Source of the DNA: Paraspadella gotoi
Taxonomy: Eukaryota; Animalia; Chaetognatha
Direction: 5' to 3'
Assembly (NCBI GenBank): GCA_051294375.1
Contig: CM119264.1
Location: 8,926,764-8,990,763, forward strand
DNA: 64,000 nt
A model generated the notes under the pieces. The model had not been told where the DNA came from. It did no database searches and worked only from the letters and a program-made list of their open reading frames with translations. Made by a program: the position numbers and the translations under genes. Shown piece after piece: positions 38,586 to 53,473 of this stretch (position 1 is its first letter; every line of letters begins with the position of its first letter).

Positions 38586-39676
38586 AACCTCGAGACACCA
38601 GCGACGCGGTGAGAGACCGTAACGCCATTTAGCTATTGATTTTTGCGCGTGCACTTGATCGTGATATACGACGAATGGCGTTCGTGGGAAAAAACGGGCT
38701 CGTTTTAATAATTTAAGAAATAATGGACATGAGATTAAGAACGGCCACTCCCAGCCAAGTAGGGTAGCAAGTGAAGAAATGTGATCATTAACAACTACGA
38801 GTAATTAGCCAAATTTTACTCTACTATTACTCACCTTTTACTTTCCCGTAGCAATGTTTTTGAGAGTGAGAGTGACAGAAAGAGAGTGAGAACGTAATTC
38901 CTCCAAAACACTAGCTGAATCAGAAAGATTTTTTTTTCTTTCGAGAATTTAAGTGGCTGCTGTTGGAGTAGCAGCTGCATCGGGGGCCGCTCCCCGGTTC
39001 CGCGTCGCAGCTTCGGCCCAACCGCCCTGCCGCGGCTTTCTGCTTCCTCAGCTGCTTTTATCCGCCCCACAAAACAATGAAGGTCTGCACTGCAGGAAAC
39101 GGATCACGTCGACGGAGACGGACAAGTCCAATCTCGACCTCAACCGATAGGAATATATAATAGGTGTTGATTTAGAAAGACATATAAATAAATAAATACT
39201 TTTTCACTCCAAAATGTTTTAGCATTTAGTGCGATTGTCAATTTGAGTATCTTTAAATTAAGAAGGTTACTGTGTTATAAATCTGCAAAGGCATACAATT
39301 CGATGACATGCTTGAAAGAGAAGACACAAAGGAAAGAAAATTAAAAAAAAGATTAAATAAATAAATATGGGACTACCTGACGAATTTATCCCTAGCTCTC
39401 TCGTTTTGAGAACGTTTCATGAAGAGTAGAAAAAATTTGGAAGTCAAAAATATGGGAGAAATAAAGATTAAAGTTTAAGTTTATAATGGCATATGTTTAA
39501 GGCGGTCAAGCGATGTCCGCCTTAAGTCTGAAAAATGCAATACTTATTTATAAAGGTGCTTTAACTTCAAAGAATACTTGGCGGAATTACAACCTGTCGA
39601 ATTCTCGTCATTTATAAATAGAACAAAGACCAACTTTGAATGTAACCTCTAAAAATTTATTGGAGGAAAGAAAAAA

Positions 39677-39748
39677 AGGTCCCACCGAGATTCGAACTCG
39701 GGCTGCTGGATTCAAAGTCCAACGTGCTAACCTCTACACCATGGGACC
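39677..39748 (-). tRNA. tRNA-Gln(TTG)
   Basis: 72-nt cloverleaf GGTCCCA...CT-TTG-AA...GTTCGAATC...TGGGACCT followed by an oligo-T terminator. Confidence 0.95.
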
Positions 39749-42220
39749 AACTGTAATTGCCTAATCTTATTGAACATTTTATAACTATTTATTCCGTCGT
39801 GCTTTTATTTATAACGGAGATGTTTTGAATTTATCGAAAGTGCAATATAGAGTTTTATTCGTTTTAGGTTTTATAAGAGAAAGCCTAAAGATTTTTTTTC
39901 GCTTAAACCACGCGGAGTCGCTACAGTAGCTGTCTTTGAAGACATAACAGAGGAACTAAACAAATGCCCCGATACAGAAAATAATTATTCAAATCAATCG
40001 ACTACATTTTATTCTCGTTAAGACACAATAAAAAATAACGTGGCGAAACGGTCTTAATTGTTACTATTGGTAATATGTGCGATGTGCACTTCTGGACATT
40101 ACTGTGTCTGACCATAACCCTTGACCATCAACAAAAAAGCTAGCTAGATTAAAAATATTAAAAAAGATGAAGCAATATAGCTCGAAACGCTTAAAAATTT
40201 TTAGACCATTGCGAATGGAATATTATTATTATTAAAACGGTACTTAAACAATAACTTAATAGTTAACCGAGACCAAGATGAATATTTTTTACCCATCATT
40301 TCCTAAATTTATATGAATCATTAGCTTGTAATTAGTCAATTAATCAGAATAACAATATGACAAATTCATTTTCATTTTTTTTTTATGAATAGGAAGTTTT
40401 CTCTGCTTACTCCCCTTGGGTCTAATTATCTACTATTTTAGAATAATTTTCAAAAACCTTAAATAATTACTATATTTTACCTTTCTTTCAATTCTTTCAA
40501 ACAAAAACAACATCATAAAAATCTACTTCAAGTATATGGTCCGTTTATTTTTGTTTTGAATATTTGTAATACGTTGTCGAAACGTAGAACCTCTTTTGCC
40601 TATGTTATTGACTTTTTAATAGCACTGGTGTAGATCTCTCTGGCTGACCGTCTCCTTTAAAAAAAAAATCACGATTGCACAACTACAGAAACATCACTAA
40701 TTTGTTTAAGATGATGCGATTTGTACATAAAATCAAAACAAATTTTAAATAAAATGTAATCTAAGTTTTTTCTAATAAAAATATTTTACGGGCGCGATGA
40801 TATGTCTCTGCAAAAGTTGCTCGAAAATTTAGTTTATGTTAAAATTGGTGTCGGTTCAGAAGAAGACCAAGGCATTATCCTCACCTTACATTCTTTGGGC
40901 TCATGAACTATCAAAAAAATATTATTTTTTCCAGTAATTTTTTTTTGTCTGAAAATAATTATGGCACAAAGTTGAAAAATATTTGCGGTATGTCATGGTA
41001 TGATAAAAAAGGGAGAAGCAGAACAAAATGGAATTAAAAAGTGATTTGAATGCCATGGCGCGATGTAAAAGTGTTCCGAAGTTTTGTTCACATAATAAAA
41101 TTTTACTTAAATGATCATCTTAAGGAGAACGAAAGGTTTTTAATTATAAAAAAGCGATGGGGGCACGGGGAGAGGGAAAGGTTTAAATCCACTTGACTGA
41201 TACGCGTAATTATAATATAAACGATTGGATTTATGACATTATAACATAATTTATGACAAAAGTGAACGATTCATTTTGTTCATTACGTAGAGATGAGTAC
41301 TAAAAAATGTATTCTTGATGAAATGCGGATAACAATGGTTAATGACAAAAAAAAAAATGAACGATGCTGCGGTGGATCGATTGGGGTGTTGAAAAAGAAA
41401 AGATTTTCCAAAAGTTTCCTTTTAAACCTTTTTCATTGTTTTTCAAAGCAAAGGACTAGTTCATAAAATTATTATTTTATTTACCGCGTTGGGTTTTTTT
41501 TTTTAAAATAACGATTAAAATACAAAATCCAACCTTATTACCAATTTAGAATATTACTGAATATTACTAGAAATTGTCGACATGCGGCCGGGACGGCGAA
41601 AAATAATGTCAGCTAAAAGCTAATAGTAGTAAAAGTAGCACGTGAAGACACTGGGGAGGATTGCGCGGGATGGAGCTAAAAAAAAAAAGACAATTCTTTT
41701 TTTAAATATAAAATCTGTAGAGAGAAATGAAAAGAGTGGGGGGGAGGGAGAAAGAGAAGAGGTAGAGAAAGGGAGAGATACGAGGATTTGTTATGAAAAA
41801 TAATTTCGTACTAATTTTGCACCATGTTTGCGTTTCGATCTTGATTAGTTTTTACTAAGATATTGTTTCCGAGATCTTGTTCTACCTCAAGCACCGATTT
41901 TGATACTGGTATGTTTTTTTTCTAAGCCGACATCAGTGCGAAAGACGAGGCCAAAAAAGGTCGCATAGGATTTTATTTTGAAAATTTTTCTAATTTGCAT
42001 TTTGATCGGGAAAAAGGTTTTTCTAAAACTAAAAGACTATTTGTTCGTCGCATTTTTCGGTTTTTGTTCATTAATAAATATTTTGGAATCGAAATCTTCC
42101 GGTTGGGGGAATGCTCTGCCTGTTTAAAATCGGCGTTGATACCACTGCTTTTTTCACCACTCCAATACCATCTCCACTCCTCCAACTTCTAACTTCACTC
42201 CACCAATTCGCTCCAACTCC

Positions 42221-45200
42221 TCACATGGTGTCGTAGCCAGACTTCTTGGCGTCAGCGTCTTCCCCGTCGACGGCGAGCTGCTCCCTGACTCGACTTCCTC
42301 GCTGCTCGACGATGACGCGACCGTCAGAGTCGATATCGGGGATTGTGGGTAGGGCGTGGCCTGGCGAGTCCAGCCGATGAGCCTGCGGGGTCCGGTGGGG
42401 CGTGTGGGGCGTAGCAGGGGGAGGGGGTAGGGCCGGGCAGGACAAGCGAGTCGATCGGCGTCGGGCGGAGGCGGCGGCGACGGAGGCGGAGGCAGCGTTA
42501 GTGGAAGAGGCGTGGGCGGTGTCGGCTCGCGGATCGGCGCCATTCGCGCCGGTATTTCCGGCCGGCGGCGTCGGATGGTGACCCGCCCACGAAGAGACCC
42601 GCGTCGGAGCCGGTCGTAAAGACGGCGGGGGCGGCGCGGTGGCGGCGGGCGACGGCGTCATTCCCGCCGGAAGAGCGCCGGGAACCTGCGGCGTTGCCGA
42701 TGAGGTGGCGACGGAAGAGGAGGAGCGCAGGTTTTCCGACTGAGTCTCGATAGCTTGCCAGAGGAAGTGGTAGTCGTCCTTGGATCGCCATAAGCCTGGC
42801 CGTTGGTAGTGGTAGAGCTTGGCAATCTTAGGTAGGGNNNNNNNNNNNNNNNNNNNNNNNNNGGAAAGTGAATTGCAGTACTTCAAAGTCCTCTATTATT
42901 TTCATCAAAGTAATGAATAAGCCTTCGGCTGATAAATCGATTTCGATTAATAAACACAATAAAAAATAAATTGGTTTCGATTGGGAATCGAATTGCTGTC
43001 GTCGCGTCGTCCGCACGCGAAGCAAATTTGATTTCTAATCACGTGATTTTTTTTGAGTCACGTGACGAATAAATCGAGTTGGCGAATTCAATTATTCATA
43101 GAATCTAATCTGAAAGGAGGCGTAGCGAGTTTTATTGCCTTTTTTTCTTTGTGTAACTGTAATTTTAAATTAAAGTTTAAAAACCAATATTGACTCACGT
43201 TTTAAATTGTCCGAAAGCAGATCCTCTTCAACGAGTTTTTTTGTTCTCCCAGTTGATTTAATGTACGTCAAAAAAAATATCAATAATCTCAATCTTCCTT
43301 TCTCTCTCTCACCCCGTATCCTTCAAACACCGCATCTTTCTAGGCGAAGTGAACACAACCATCCAGTACGGCTGCATGCTGGTTCGTTCCCTCTCCGTCT
43401 CCAAACTGGCGACGCACACAGTCCGCGTCTTCGCCGTCCGGCACACAAAGCAAAAGAAGAAGCAGGAGACGCTCGTCCAGCAGTTCCACTACACCGAGTG
43501 GCCCGACCACGGAGTCCCCTCCCACGCCCTGCCCCTGCTCGCCTTTGTCAGGAATCGGCCAACGCCAACCGGAGGAAGCGGGCCGATCGGTGAGTTGGGG
43601 CAGCGATGGATCGGGCGGCAGGAGATGCAGTGAGAGAAAGCTTATAACTGTACTATATATAAAGATTATAACTGTACTATCATGAAATTAAAAAGATAAA
43701 CATAACACTGATGTTAGGTAAAGTATTCCACAGCTATCGGAATTTGTTTACGATAGCGAAGATAATTAATATATTAATTAAAAACATAATGATTTAAATC
43801 TCAAAATTTCATCGATTTTCTACGCAGTCATCCATTGTTCGGCCGGCGTCGGCAGAACCGGGACCTACATTTGTATGGACGTCGCCCTCCGTCAGATCGA
43901 AGCCGAAGGAGTCGTCAACATCAAGGGATTCCTCAAGCAAATTCGACAACAGCGGAACTACTTAGGTGCGCGGGACAGCTGCTTAATAATTCATGTGTTG
44001 ATGAAGACTTAGCAGACAACTAATTGTATTCGGAAATGTCCTCTTGTATTTCTAATGCATCATTGAGTAGCTTCCTTTGTTTTTTGTTTTCTTTCTTGTT
44101 CATGCGGTATTTTTTTAATTTTCAACAGTACAAACGGAAGAGCAATACGTCTTCATCCATGACGCCATCTTGGAGGCGATCCAGAGTGGCACACACTCAC
44201 ATCCCCGTCGAACGGGTTGGGGAGTTTATCCATCTTCATTTGCTGGAGAAGAACGCGGCGCTTAACGGAATGTCGCTTCTCCAGCATCAATTCGAACTCA
44301 TAACCAGTTACCGGCCCAAAGGTGAGGTTTAACGGCATAATATTTTGGGAATCGTTGGTAGATGAAGATAAACCTAATCTTGATAAATGAAATTTATGAC
44401 CACCAGAATACAAATACACATCCGCGCGCAAAAACTGCAATCAGTACAAAAACCGGGAAGTCGCTGCCGCCTCGACGCCTACGGAAGATTCCGATTCTGG
44501 AGTTGTTTACATTCAAGGTAATATACAATTTTGTGATAAATTTTATTCATTTACGCTCAAAGTTTGTTCACTTAATTCTTTGTTTATTCAGGAGGCGTGC
44601 TGCCGATAGAGCACACCCGCGTTCCGCTGATTCCCAAACCGGCCGTCGATGGTTCCGATTACATCAACGCGTCGTTTCTTCAAGGTACTAAAAGAACCAC
44701 TTAGGAATTTAGACAAAGATTAATTTTGAGGACGTTTTGTAGATCTTGTTACATTTTTTATTCGCGGTTAGTAAGCGGTCCCATGGTGTAGTGGTTAGCA
44801 CGTTGGACTTTGAATCCAGCAGCCCGAGTTCGAATCTCGGTGGACCTTTTTTAATTATATTTTTTATATTATTGCTTATTTTTTCTCCTCTTTTTTATAT
44901 TCAAAATATGTGATCGTTTTCTCTATAAATAATCCTCTAATTTCATTTATCACCGAATTTTTCATTTTTTCTCTTTTTACGCAATCTTAATTTTGTAGGC
45001 TTCAATGACCGCAACGAGTTCATCGTAACCCAACACCCCTCGACGACACCATCGGTGACTTCTGGCGCCTCGTTTGGGACTACAACATTCGGACTGTCGT
45101 CATGCTGTCTCAGGTCGACCCACAAGCAGGATTCCCGCCTTCTGGCCGGAAAAAGGGGACAAACTCCAATACGAGGTAAAAGAGGGTTTCATTAGTTATT

Positions 45201-46033
45201 TATATCATTTTGTAAATTAATTATAAATTAATTACATAAAGATCCTTCACTAAAACGGTTGAACCGAATTCAATTTCCCTATTTTCTTCAGTCTTTCACC
45301 GTCGAACTGAAGGAAGAGATTCACCATCTCAACTGCATCTTCCGCGACGTTCAGTTGGAGTCGGGGGAAGAGGAGGACGGCCTCTTCGTTCGCATCGTCT
45401 ACTCCTCTTATTGGCCAGAAAGCTGCACTCCGCTTAGGTGAGCTTGCTGAGGCTTGTTGTAGCTAGAATGCAGTACTCTGCGCTGGCGATGTTGCTGAGA
45501 ATCTTAGTCTCTAACATTAATCGTAAGTGAGATTGCCAAATATTTTTATTAAATCACTAAATCACTTAACTTGAACATTTAGCTTGGGCGGATTCACTAG
45601 TTTTGAGGTTGCGAGAATGCTGCATCTTGCTCAGGTGATCTGACGCGTTGCTAGTTTGGCTTTTGAATTGCCCTCCAGAGTCCAGACGAGTATAAAAAGA
45701 TATTTAGAAGCAATCATTCCCGCGAACCAACTCCTTTGATTAATGATCACTCCTCGACCTCCACACAGCACGTGCTACGAGCTGATCCACACTGTTCGGC
45801 AACACCATGGCGGCGTAGGTGAAGGTCCCATCGTCGTCCTCGACAAGTTCGGCGCCACTGAAGCGGGTTGGTTCTGCGCGCTGTTCACTCTCTGGGATCA
45901 GCTGCAGCAGGACGAGTTTGTCGACGTTTATCAGGTGAGACGGATCTAATTAAAAGGAGTGATATATGTTCACTTATTGGTATTTTTAACATAGTATTGT
46001 GGTCCAATTGTTTAGTAAAGTCTCTCATATTGT

Positions 46034-46114
<81 letters not shown>

Positions 46115-49100
46115 CTCTCTCTCTCGCGAGTAACAATATGAGAGACTTTACTAAACAATTGGACCACAATACTATGTTAAAAATACCAATAAGTGAACAT
46201 ATATCACTCCTTTTAATTAGATCCGTCTCACCTGATAAACGTCGACAAACTCGTCCTGCTGCAGCTGATCCCAGAGAGTGAACAGCGCGCAGAACCAACC
46301 CGCTTCAGTGGCGCCGAACTTGTCGAGGACGACGATGGGACCTTCACCTACGCCGCCATGGTGTTGCCGAACAGTGTGGATCAGCTCGTAGCACGTGCTG
46401 TGTGGAGGTCGAGGAGTGATCATTAATCAAAGGAGTTGGTTCGCGGGAATGATTGCTTCTAAATATCTTTTTATACTCGTCTGGACTCTGGAGGGCAATT
46501 CAAAAGCCAAACTAGCAACGCGTCAGATCACCTGAGCAAGATGCAGCATTCTCGCAACCTCAAAACTAGTGAATCCGCCCAAGCTAAATGTTCAAGTTAA
46601 GTGATTTAGTGATTTAATAAAAATATTTGGCAATCTCACTTACGATTAATGTTAGAGACTAAGATTCTCAGCAACATCGCCAGCGCAGAGTACTGCATTC
46701 TAGCTACAACAAGCCTCAGCAAGCTCACCTAAGCGGAGTGCAGCTTTCTGGCCAATAAGAGGAGTAGACGATGCGAACGAAGAGGCCGTCCTCCTCTTCC
46801 CCCGACTCCAACTGAACGTCGCGGAAGATGCAGTTGAGATGGTGAATCTCTTCCTTCAGTTCGACGGTGAAAGACTGAAGAAAATAGGGAAATTGAATTC
46901 GGTTCAACCGTTTTAGTGAAGGATCTTTATGTAATTAATTTATAATTAATTTACAAAATGATATAAATAACTAATGAAACCCTCTTTTACCTCGTATTGG
47001 AGTTTGTCCCCTTTTTCCGGCCAGAAGGCGGGGAATCCTGCTTGTGGGTCGAAGACAGCATGACGACAGTCCGAATGTTGTAGTCCCAAACGAGGCGCCA
47101 GAAGTCACCGATGGTGTCGTCGAGGGGGTGTTGGGTTCATGAACTCGTTGCGGTCATTGAAGCCTACAAAATTAAGATTGCGTAAAAAAGAGAAAAAATG
47201 AAAAATTCGGTGATAAATGAAATTAGAGGATTATTTATAGAGAAAACGATCACATATTTTGAATATAAAAAAGAGGAGAAAAAATAAGCAATAAATATAA
47301 AAAATATAATTAAAAAAAGGTCCCACCGAGATTCGAACTCGGGCTGCTGGATTCAAAGTCCAACGTGCTAACCACTACACCATGGGACCGCTTACTAACC
47401 GCGAATAAAAAATGTAACAAGATCTACAAAACGTCCTCAAAAATTAATCTTTGTCTAAATTCCTAAGTGGTTCTTTAGTACCTTGAAGAAACGACGCGTT
47501 GATGTAATCGGAACCATCGACGGCCGGTTTGGGAATCAGCGGAACGCGGGTGTGCTCTATCGGCAGCACGCCTCCTGAATAAACAAAGAATTAAGTGAAC
47601 AAACTTTGAGCGTAAATGAATAAAATTTATCACAAAATTGTATATTACCTTGAATGTAAACAACTCCAGAATCGGAATCTTCCGTAGGCGTCGAGGCGGC
47701 AGCGACTTCCCGGTTTTTGTACTGATTGCAGTTTTTGCGCGCGGATGTGTATTTGTATTCTGGTGGTCATAAATTTCATTTATCAAGATTAGGTTTATCT
47801 TCATCTACCAACGATTCCCAAAATATTATGAGAATACCTATATGGGCCGGTAACTGGTTAATTTTCGAATTGATGCTGGAGAAGCGACATTCCGTTAAGC
47901 GCCGCGTTCTTCTCCAGCAAATGAAGATGGATAAACTCCCAACCCGTTCGACGGGGATGTGAGTTGTTGCCATCTGGAATCGACCTCCAAGATGGCGTCA
48001 TGGATGAAGACGTATTGCTCTTCCGTTTGTACTGTTGAAAAATTAAAAAAATACCGCATGAACAAAGAAAGAAAACAAAAAACAAAGGAAGCTACTCAAT
48101 GATGCATTAGAAATACAAGAGGACATTTCCGAATACAATTAGTTGTCTGCTAAGTCTTCATCAACACATGAATTATTAAGCAGCTGTCCCGCGCACCTAA
48201 GTAGTTCCGCTGTTGTCGAATTTGCTTGAGGAATCCCTTGATGTTGACGACTCCTTCGGCTTCGATCTGACGGAGGGCGACGTCCATACAAATGTAGGTC
48301 CCGGTTCTGCCGACGCCGGCCGAACAATGGATGACTGCGTAGAAAATCGATGAAATTTTGAGATTTAAATCATTATGTTTTTAATTAATATATTAATTAT
48401 CTTCGCTATCGTAAACAAATTCCGATAGCTGTGGAATACTTTACCTAACATCAGTGTTATGTTTATCTTTTTAATTTCATGATAGTACAGTTATAATCTT
48501 TATATATAGTACAGTTATAAGCTTTCTCTCACTGCATCCCTGCCGCCCGATCCATCGCTGCCCCAACTCACCGATCGGCCCGCTTCCCTCCGGGTTGGCG
48601 TTGGCCGATTTCCTGACAAAGGCGAGCAGGGGCAGGGCGTGGGAGGGGACTCCGTGGTCGGGCCACTCGGTGTAGTGGAACTGCTGGACGAGCGTCTCCT
48701 GCTTCTTCTTTTGCTTTGTGTGCCGGACGGCGAAGACGCGGACTGTGTGCGTCGCCAGTTTGGAGACGGAGAGGGAACGAACCAGCATGCAGCCGTACTG
48801 GATGGTTGTGTTCACTTCGCCTAGAAAGATGCGGTGTTTGAAGGATACGGGGTGAGAGAGAGAAAGGAAGATTGAGATTATTGATATTTTTTTTGACGTA
48901 CATTAAATCAACTGGGAGAACAAAAAAACTCGTTGAAGAGGATCTGCTTTCGGACAATTTAAAACGTGAGTCAATATTGGTTTTTAAACTTTAATTTAAA
49001 ATTACAGTTACACAAAGAAAAAAAGGCAATAAAACTCGCTACGCCTCCTTTCAGATTAGATTCTATGAATAATTGAATTCGCCAACTCGATTTATTCGTC

Positions 49101-52100
49101 ACGTGACTCAAAAAAAATCACGTGATTAGAAATCAAATTTGCTTCGCGTGCGGACGACGCGACGACAGCAATTCGATTCCCAATCGAAACCAATTTATTT
49201 TTTATTGTGTTTATTAATCGAAATCGATTTATCAGCCGAAGGCTTATTCATTACTTTGATGAAAATAATAGAGGACTTTGAAGTACTTGCCAATTCACTT
49301 TCCCATTATTGATGCAATTGAAGGCGATCGTTCTCCGCTCACCTGGCCAGTACTGATGACACTTGAGGCGGCCACGCTCAACCAGATTCGTAACCATGAC
49401 GATAACGGTAGAGTTATTCTCGTAGACCATCCGCCAGAAATCCTCGAAGGTACTGGGGATAGGTCCTTGGGTAGCGATGTAGGCGCGAGGTCTGTGGACA
49501 TAATGGATGAAATGATACGCATGCATAAAATAGACAGTGAAATACTTAGAGCGCACCAATATTGTCAGATCAAGATTTTAAAGTATGAAAAAATCAACAT
49601 TTCTGAAAAAAAAAAAACTAAGGACGACTGACTTGCAGTATCCGTCGACGAAGTTGGCGTTGATGTAGTCGCCGCCGCTGCCGACGCCGACGCCCGAGTG
49701 TTTTGTCGACGCCACTGATTTCCCGCCGGCGCCCTGGCCGCCACCTAGAACCACGCGACTGTGGTCATACGCCATGATGTTGAGGTACCGGTTTTTGTCT
49801 TTGTTAGTTGGATCCGTGCTGGCGTAGAAAGTGAGATCCGCCGCCACCTGCCATCAAAAAAAAATATGACAGTGTGAGAAGAAGAAATATATCAATCAAT
49901 CAATCAATCAATCAAATAATCAATCAATCAATCATTCAATCAATCAATCAATCAATCGATCTATCAGAGACAAAGACTAACGAACAAACCTGACAGCAGA
50001 TTTCGTCGTAGTCTTCGGCGAAACCCAAATTGTCGTCGAGGTGTTGACGGTGAACGTATTCGCCGAACTCTTCAACCGGAATCGCCTTCTCTTCGTTCGT
50101 AGTGATGATTTGAGACTCGCGGACAGAGGGAGTGTGGTGTCCAGGGCCTCCTGGGTAGGGAGGGAGGTGATAAATCAATCAGCCTCTCAACTATTTCGTT
50201 TAAAAATCAAAAATCAAAAACCAATCAATCACTCAACCTAAACAATCAAACAAATTAATTTATCGATGAAGCAATAGATAAAAAAAAACTCTAAACACAA
50301 AATAGCGATAGAATTGAGTAACTCAATCAGTCAATCAATCGGAACCGTTTAATCAACAGCATTTTCACGAGTTTATCAGATTGACGGAAAACACACTCAT
50401 TTTCCCGAACCACGTTTTTCCCAATTTACCCGTGGGAGTGGGCGTGGCAAGTCCCGATCCGAAACCCGACCCGAGATTGGAAAGGCCAGACTTGACGCGA
50501 ATCTTCGTCTTGGGGTTGAGATCGTAGGTGGTGTCGGCGGCGGCGGAGGCGGAGTCGTCGCCGCCGCCGAGGGAGCGGCTTTTACCGGCGATGCACGCGT
50601 CGCTGAAGGTCACGGGCGCGAGGGAGGAATCAGAGGCGGGGCAAGGAGGAGAAAATAAAGGGGCGATTATCTTTCTTGCTAAAATTTGATTCATTTGATC
50701 CACACGAAGATATTAAATAATAAATAATATCATTAACACCGCCGCCGTTCTCACCCGTCGCAGTATCTCCTGAAAACCGCCAAAAAGAGAAGCAGGAAAA
50801 CCATCATGAGAGTTGAGATGACGATGCCTGCCATCACGCCCGGAGAAAAGGTCCCGTCGGCGGCCATGCCGGGTTCCGGGCCCGCGGGCTCCACCAGCAC
50901 GGCGCCGCCCCCTTCGCCCACGGCGGCGCCAGAGTCGAAATCGCGGACGGAGCCGCCGACGCCGTTTTCGACGCCGCCGCGTAGCCGCGCCACCGCCGGG
51001 AGCGAAAAGACGCCGCGATGGAATTTTTCCGGATAGACGACGGATCTGGTGGCGGCGGCGATCTTGACCTGGAATCGAAATGGGGGGGGGGGAGAAATTA
51101 GGAAAAAAAGAAAATCTATTCGTACATAGAATTCGACGGAATTTACGTACAATTAGGAAAATGTAAATCTAGGTAGAATTGGTTGGACAAAAAAAAACTT
51201 ATTTCGGTTTGGAGGAATTGAAGAAGGATAATTGGTATCGGATGGAAAACAGTGAGAATAGCGTGGAGAGAAATTCCACGACGGTAATTGAAGGAGGGAA
51301 CTAACTTAATAAGAATTGGGACATAGATAATCCTACTGGAGAAAACTTAAAATAAGGGGGAAAGAAAAAAAAACAAACTCATTTGAAAAAGAAATAAATT
51401 CGGTTCTCCTCCTTCGAACCTCGTAGTCCGTCTCGGGATTGAGACCAGTGATGACGGCGCGGCCCGAGCAGTAGTCCACGAATTTGGAGCCGGAGGGGGT
51501 CACGTGGACGAACCCTGGAGTCGTGCGGGGTGTGGAAGAGGTTAGGTTCATACAAATGATCAGAGCGATTTCTTTTGGGCTTATGTTGGTGTATGATGAA
51601 CGTATTTAAACAAAAATGAAACTTAAACATCGAGATGAGCTTCATCAAAACTACAGACAAAATCTTCAAAAAGGATGTTATTAACAACAGCAATAATATC
51701 GTCAGCAGCAACATCATCTTCTGCCTCACCTAATCCGTCCGACGTCATCTCCTCCTCCTCCTCTTCGCAAGGGGCCTCCGTCGTCGTCGTCGTCGTCGGT
51801 CGCCGCTTCATCAGCTCCACTTCGTCCATGTCCATCGCTCTCACTCTCTCCAACCCGTCTCGTGCGCGCACGCGCTCGCCGGCGCCGTCGCGGCATCGAC
51901 GCGGCCAGCCGCCGCCGGGGCCCCGCAGCCCCAGCGGACGCGCCGGGTCCCCGGCGTCGTCGACGAGAGCAGCGTCACCGGCAAAGACGCCTCGCAGCTT
52001 CCGGCGTCGCGCCTCCTCGTCGCAATTGACTTCCTTCCAGAGATTCTCGTTGGTGGAGGGAGAGAAGCAATGGATCCAGTACCTGAGGGGTAGGGTTGGG

Positions 52101-53378
52101 GACGGGGGGGGGAGTGGTGAAGAGAGGAAGGTCGAGTATTGAATTGCAGCAAGACTGCAAGTGCCCCCCTCCTCCACTTGTATCTTTTTCCCTCCCACCG
52201 GCCCTACCTGTCGATGGTGTTGACTACATCAAGGGGTTCATCCCAGGCCACTTTGATCATGTCGTCGTTCTGCTCGACGATGGTGACGTTGACCGGCGCG
52301 CCTGGCGCCCGCACGTCCGTCTGCACGCGCTGGGCGGGCGAAGACTCGGGACCGAAGCCGCGACTCGTTGCCGCGCTCACCGTCACCTTTGATGACGGGT
52401 AGGAGGTGGTCCGGGATTGTGGAGGTGGTGGAGGTGAAAAAGAGAGAGAGGGATGGGAAATAGACAAAGTAAGCGAGGGGAACGGCGAAAAAAATAACAA
52501 TTTCGTCGCCTTGCTCGATCTCTCATCTCTCACCATGTACTCCGTAAAAGGTCTGAGGCCTCTGACAAGCGCCGAAGGGGTCCCGCCCACAAGACGTATG
52601 GCGCCTCTGCCGTCCTCGTTGGCGTCGCGAGCGCCCGATGTTGATGTCGACGAGGAAAGATGAACAGTTTCTGCCGCCGCTAGGAGGCCGTCGTGGTAGA
52701 CGTGAACGCGGTACGCTGTTTCGGTTCAAACAAATGAACATAAAAATTAGCGCCCAAAAGCGTAAAAAATTACGTACATTTTTTAAAAAAATGTTCAAAG
52801 AGACCAATTACCAATTACAAACTATAGGGACAAAGAAAAAACAAGTTTGAGCAAACAAAGTCGGATCTGTCCATGATAATTTAGTGGTAAGCAGCTAATC
52901 AGATGTCTGTCTTTCTTTCTTTGAATGAAAAATAATAATTTTTCTTACAGTAGACGAGATGTTAAAGGTGATGAAAGTCATTTACTGATGCGATCGAAGT
53001 CAATCATAAATAAAATGTTAGTAAATCGTTGATGCGATAATAATCAATAACAATCAATGTGTTATTGAGTGTTATAATATTATAAAATTGATCTTCAATT
53101 AATACAGATCAATAATGCGATAAAAATCATTGATACCATGATAGTGATTCATTGATGTGATTCTAAAAATTCATGGAAGTGATGATATTCATTAGTCATT
53201 CGATGATTCGACGATGATAGTCATATGATAATCATTCATTATTGCAATGATAATGGTTGCGTTGTTAGGGATTTTTCGTGATAGTATAATAGTCGATGCC
53301 ATGGAGATCAATCAATCAACAATCAATCAATCAATCAATCAATCAATTAATCATAGTCGATAAAAAATTATCCGATAA

Positions 53379-53473
<95 letters not shown>

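Larger units (their letters stand above)
42863..49303. repeat. ~3.2-kb-arm fold-back palindrome duplicating the phosphatase exons (probable artefact)
   Basis: 42863-46036 is the reverse complement of ~46127-49303; apex is a (CT)n tract centred near 46083; the left arm starts exactly at the gap. Confidence 0.95.

Noticed and set aside
39075-39145. RNase P RNA-like GAAGGTCTG motif
   Set aside because: No matching CR-V/P4 partner (TCAGAC) at a suitable position.
43996-44022. TTGATGAAGAC hammerhead-like start (mirrored near 48150)
   Set aside because: Lacks the C3 and the GAAA half of the core.
43340-45949. A second, plus-strand phosphatase gene
   Set aside because: Mirror image of the minus-strand exons with frameshifts, no 5' or final exon, and starting at a gap.
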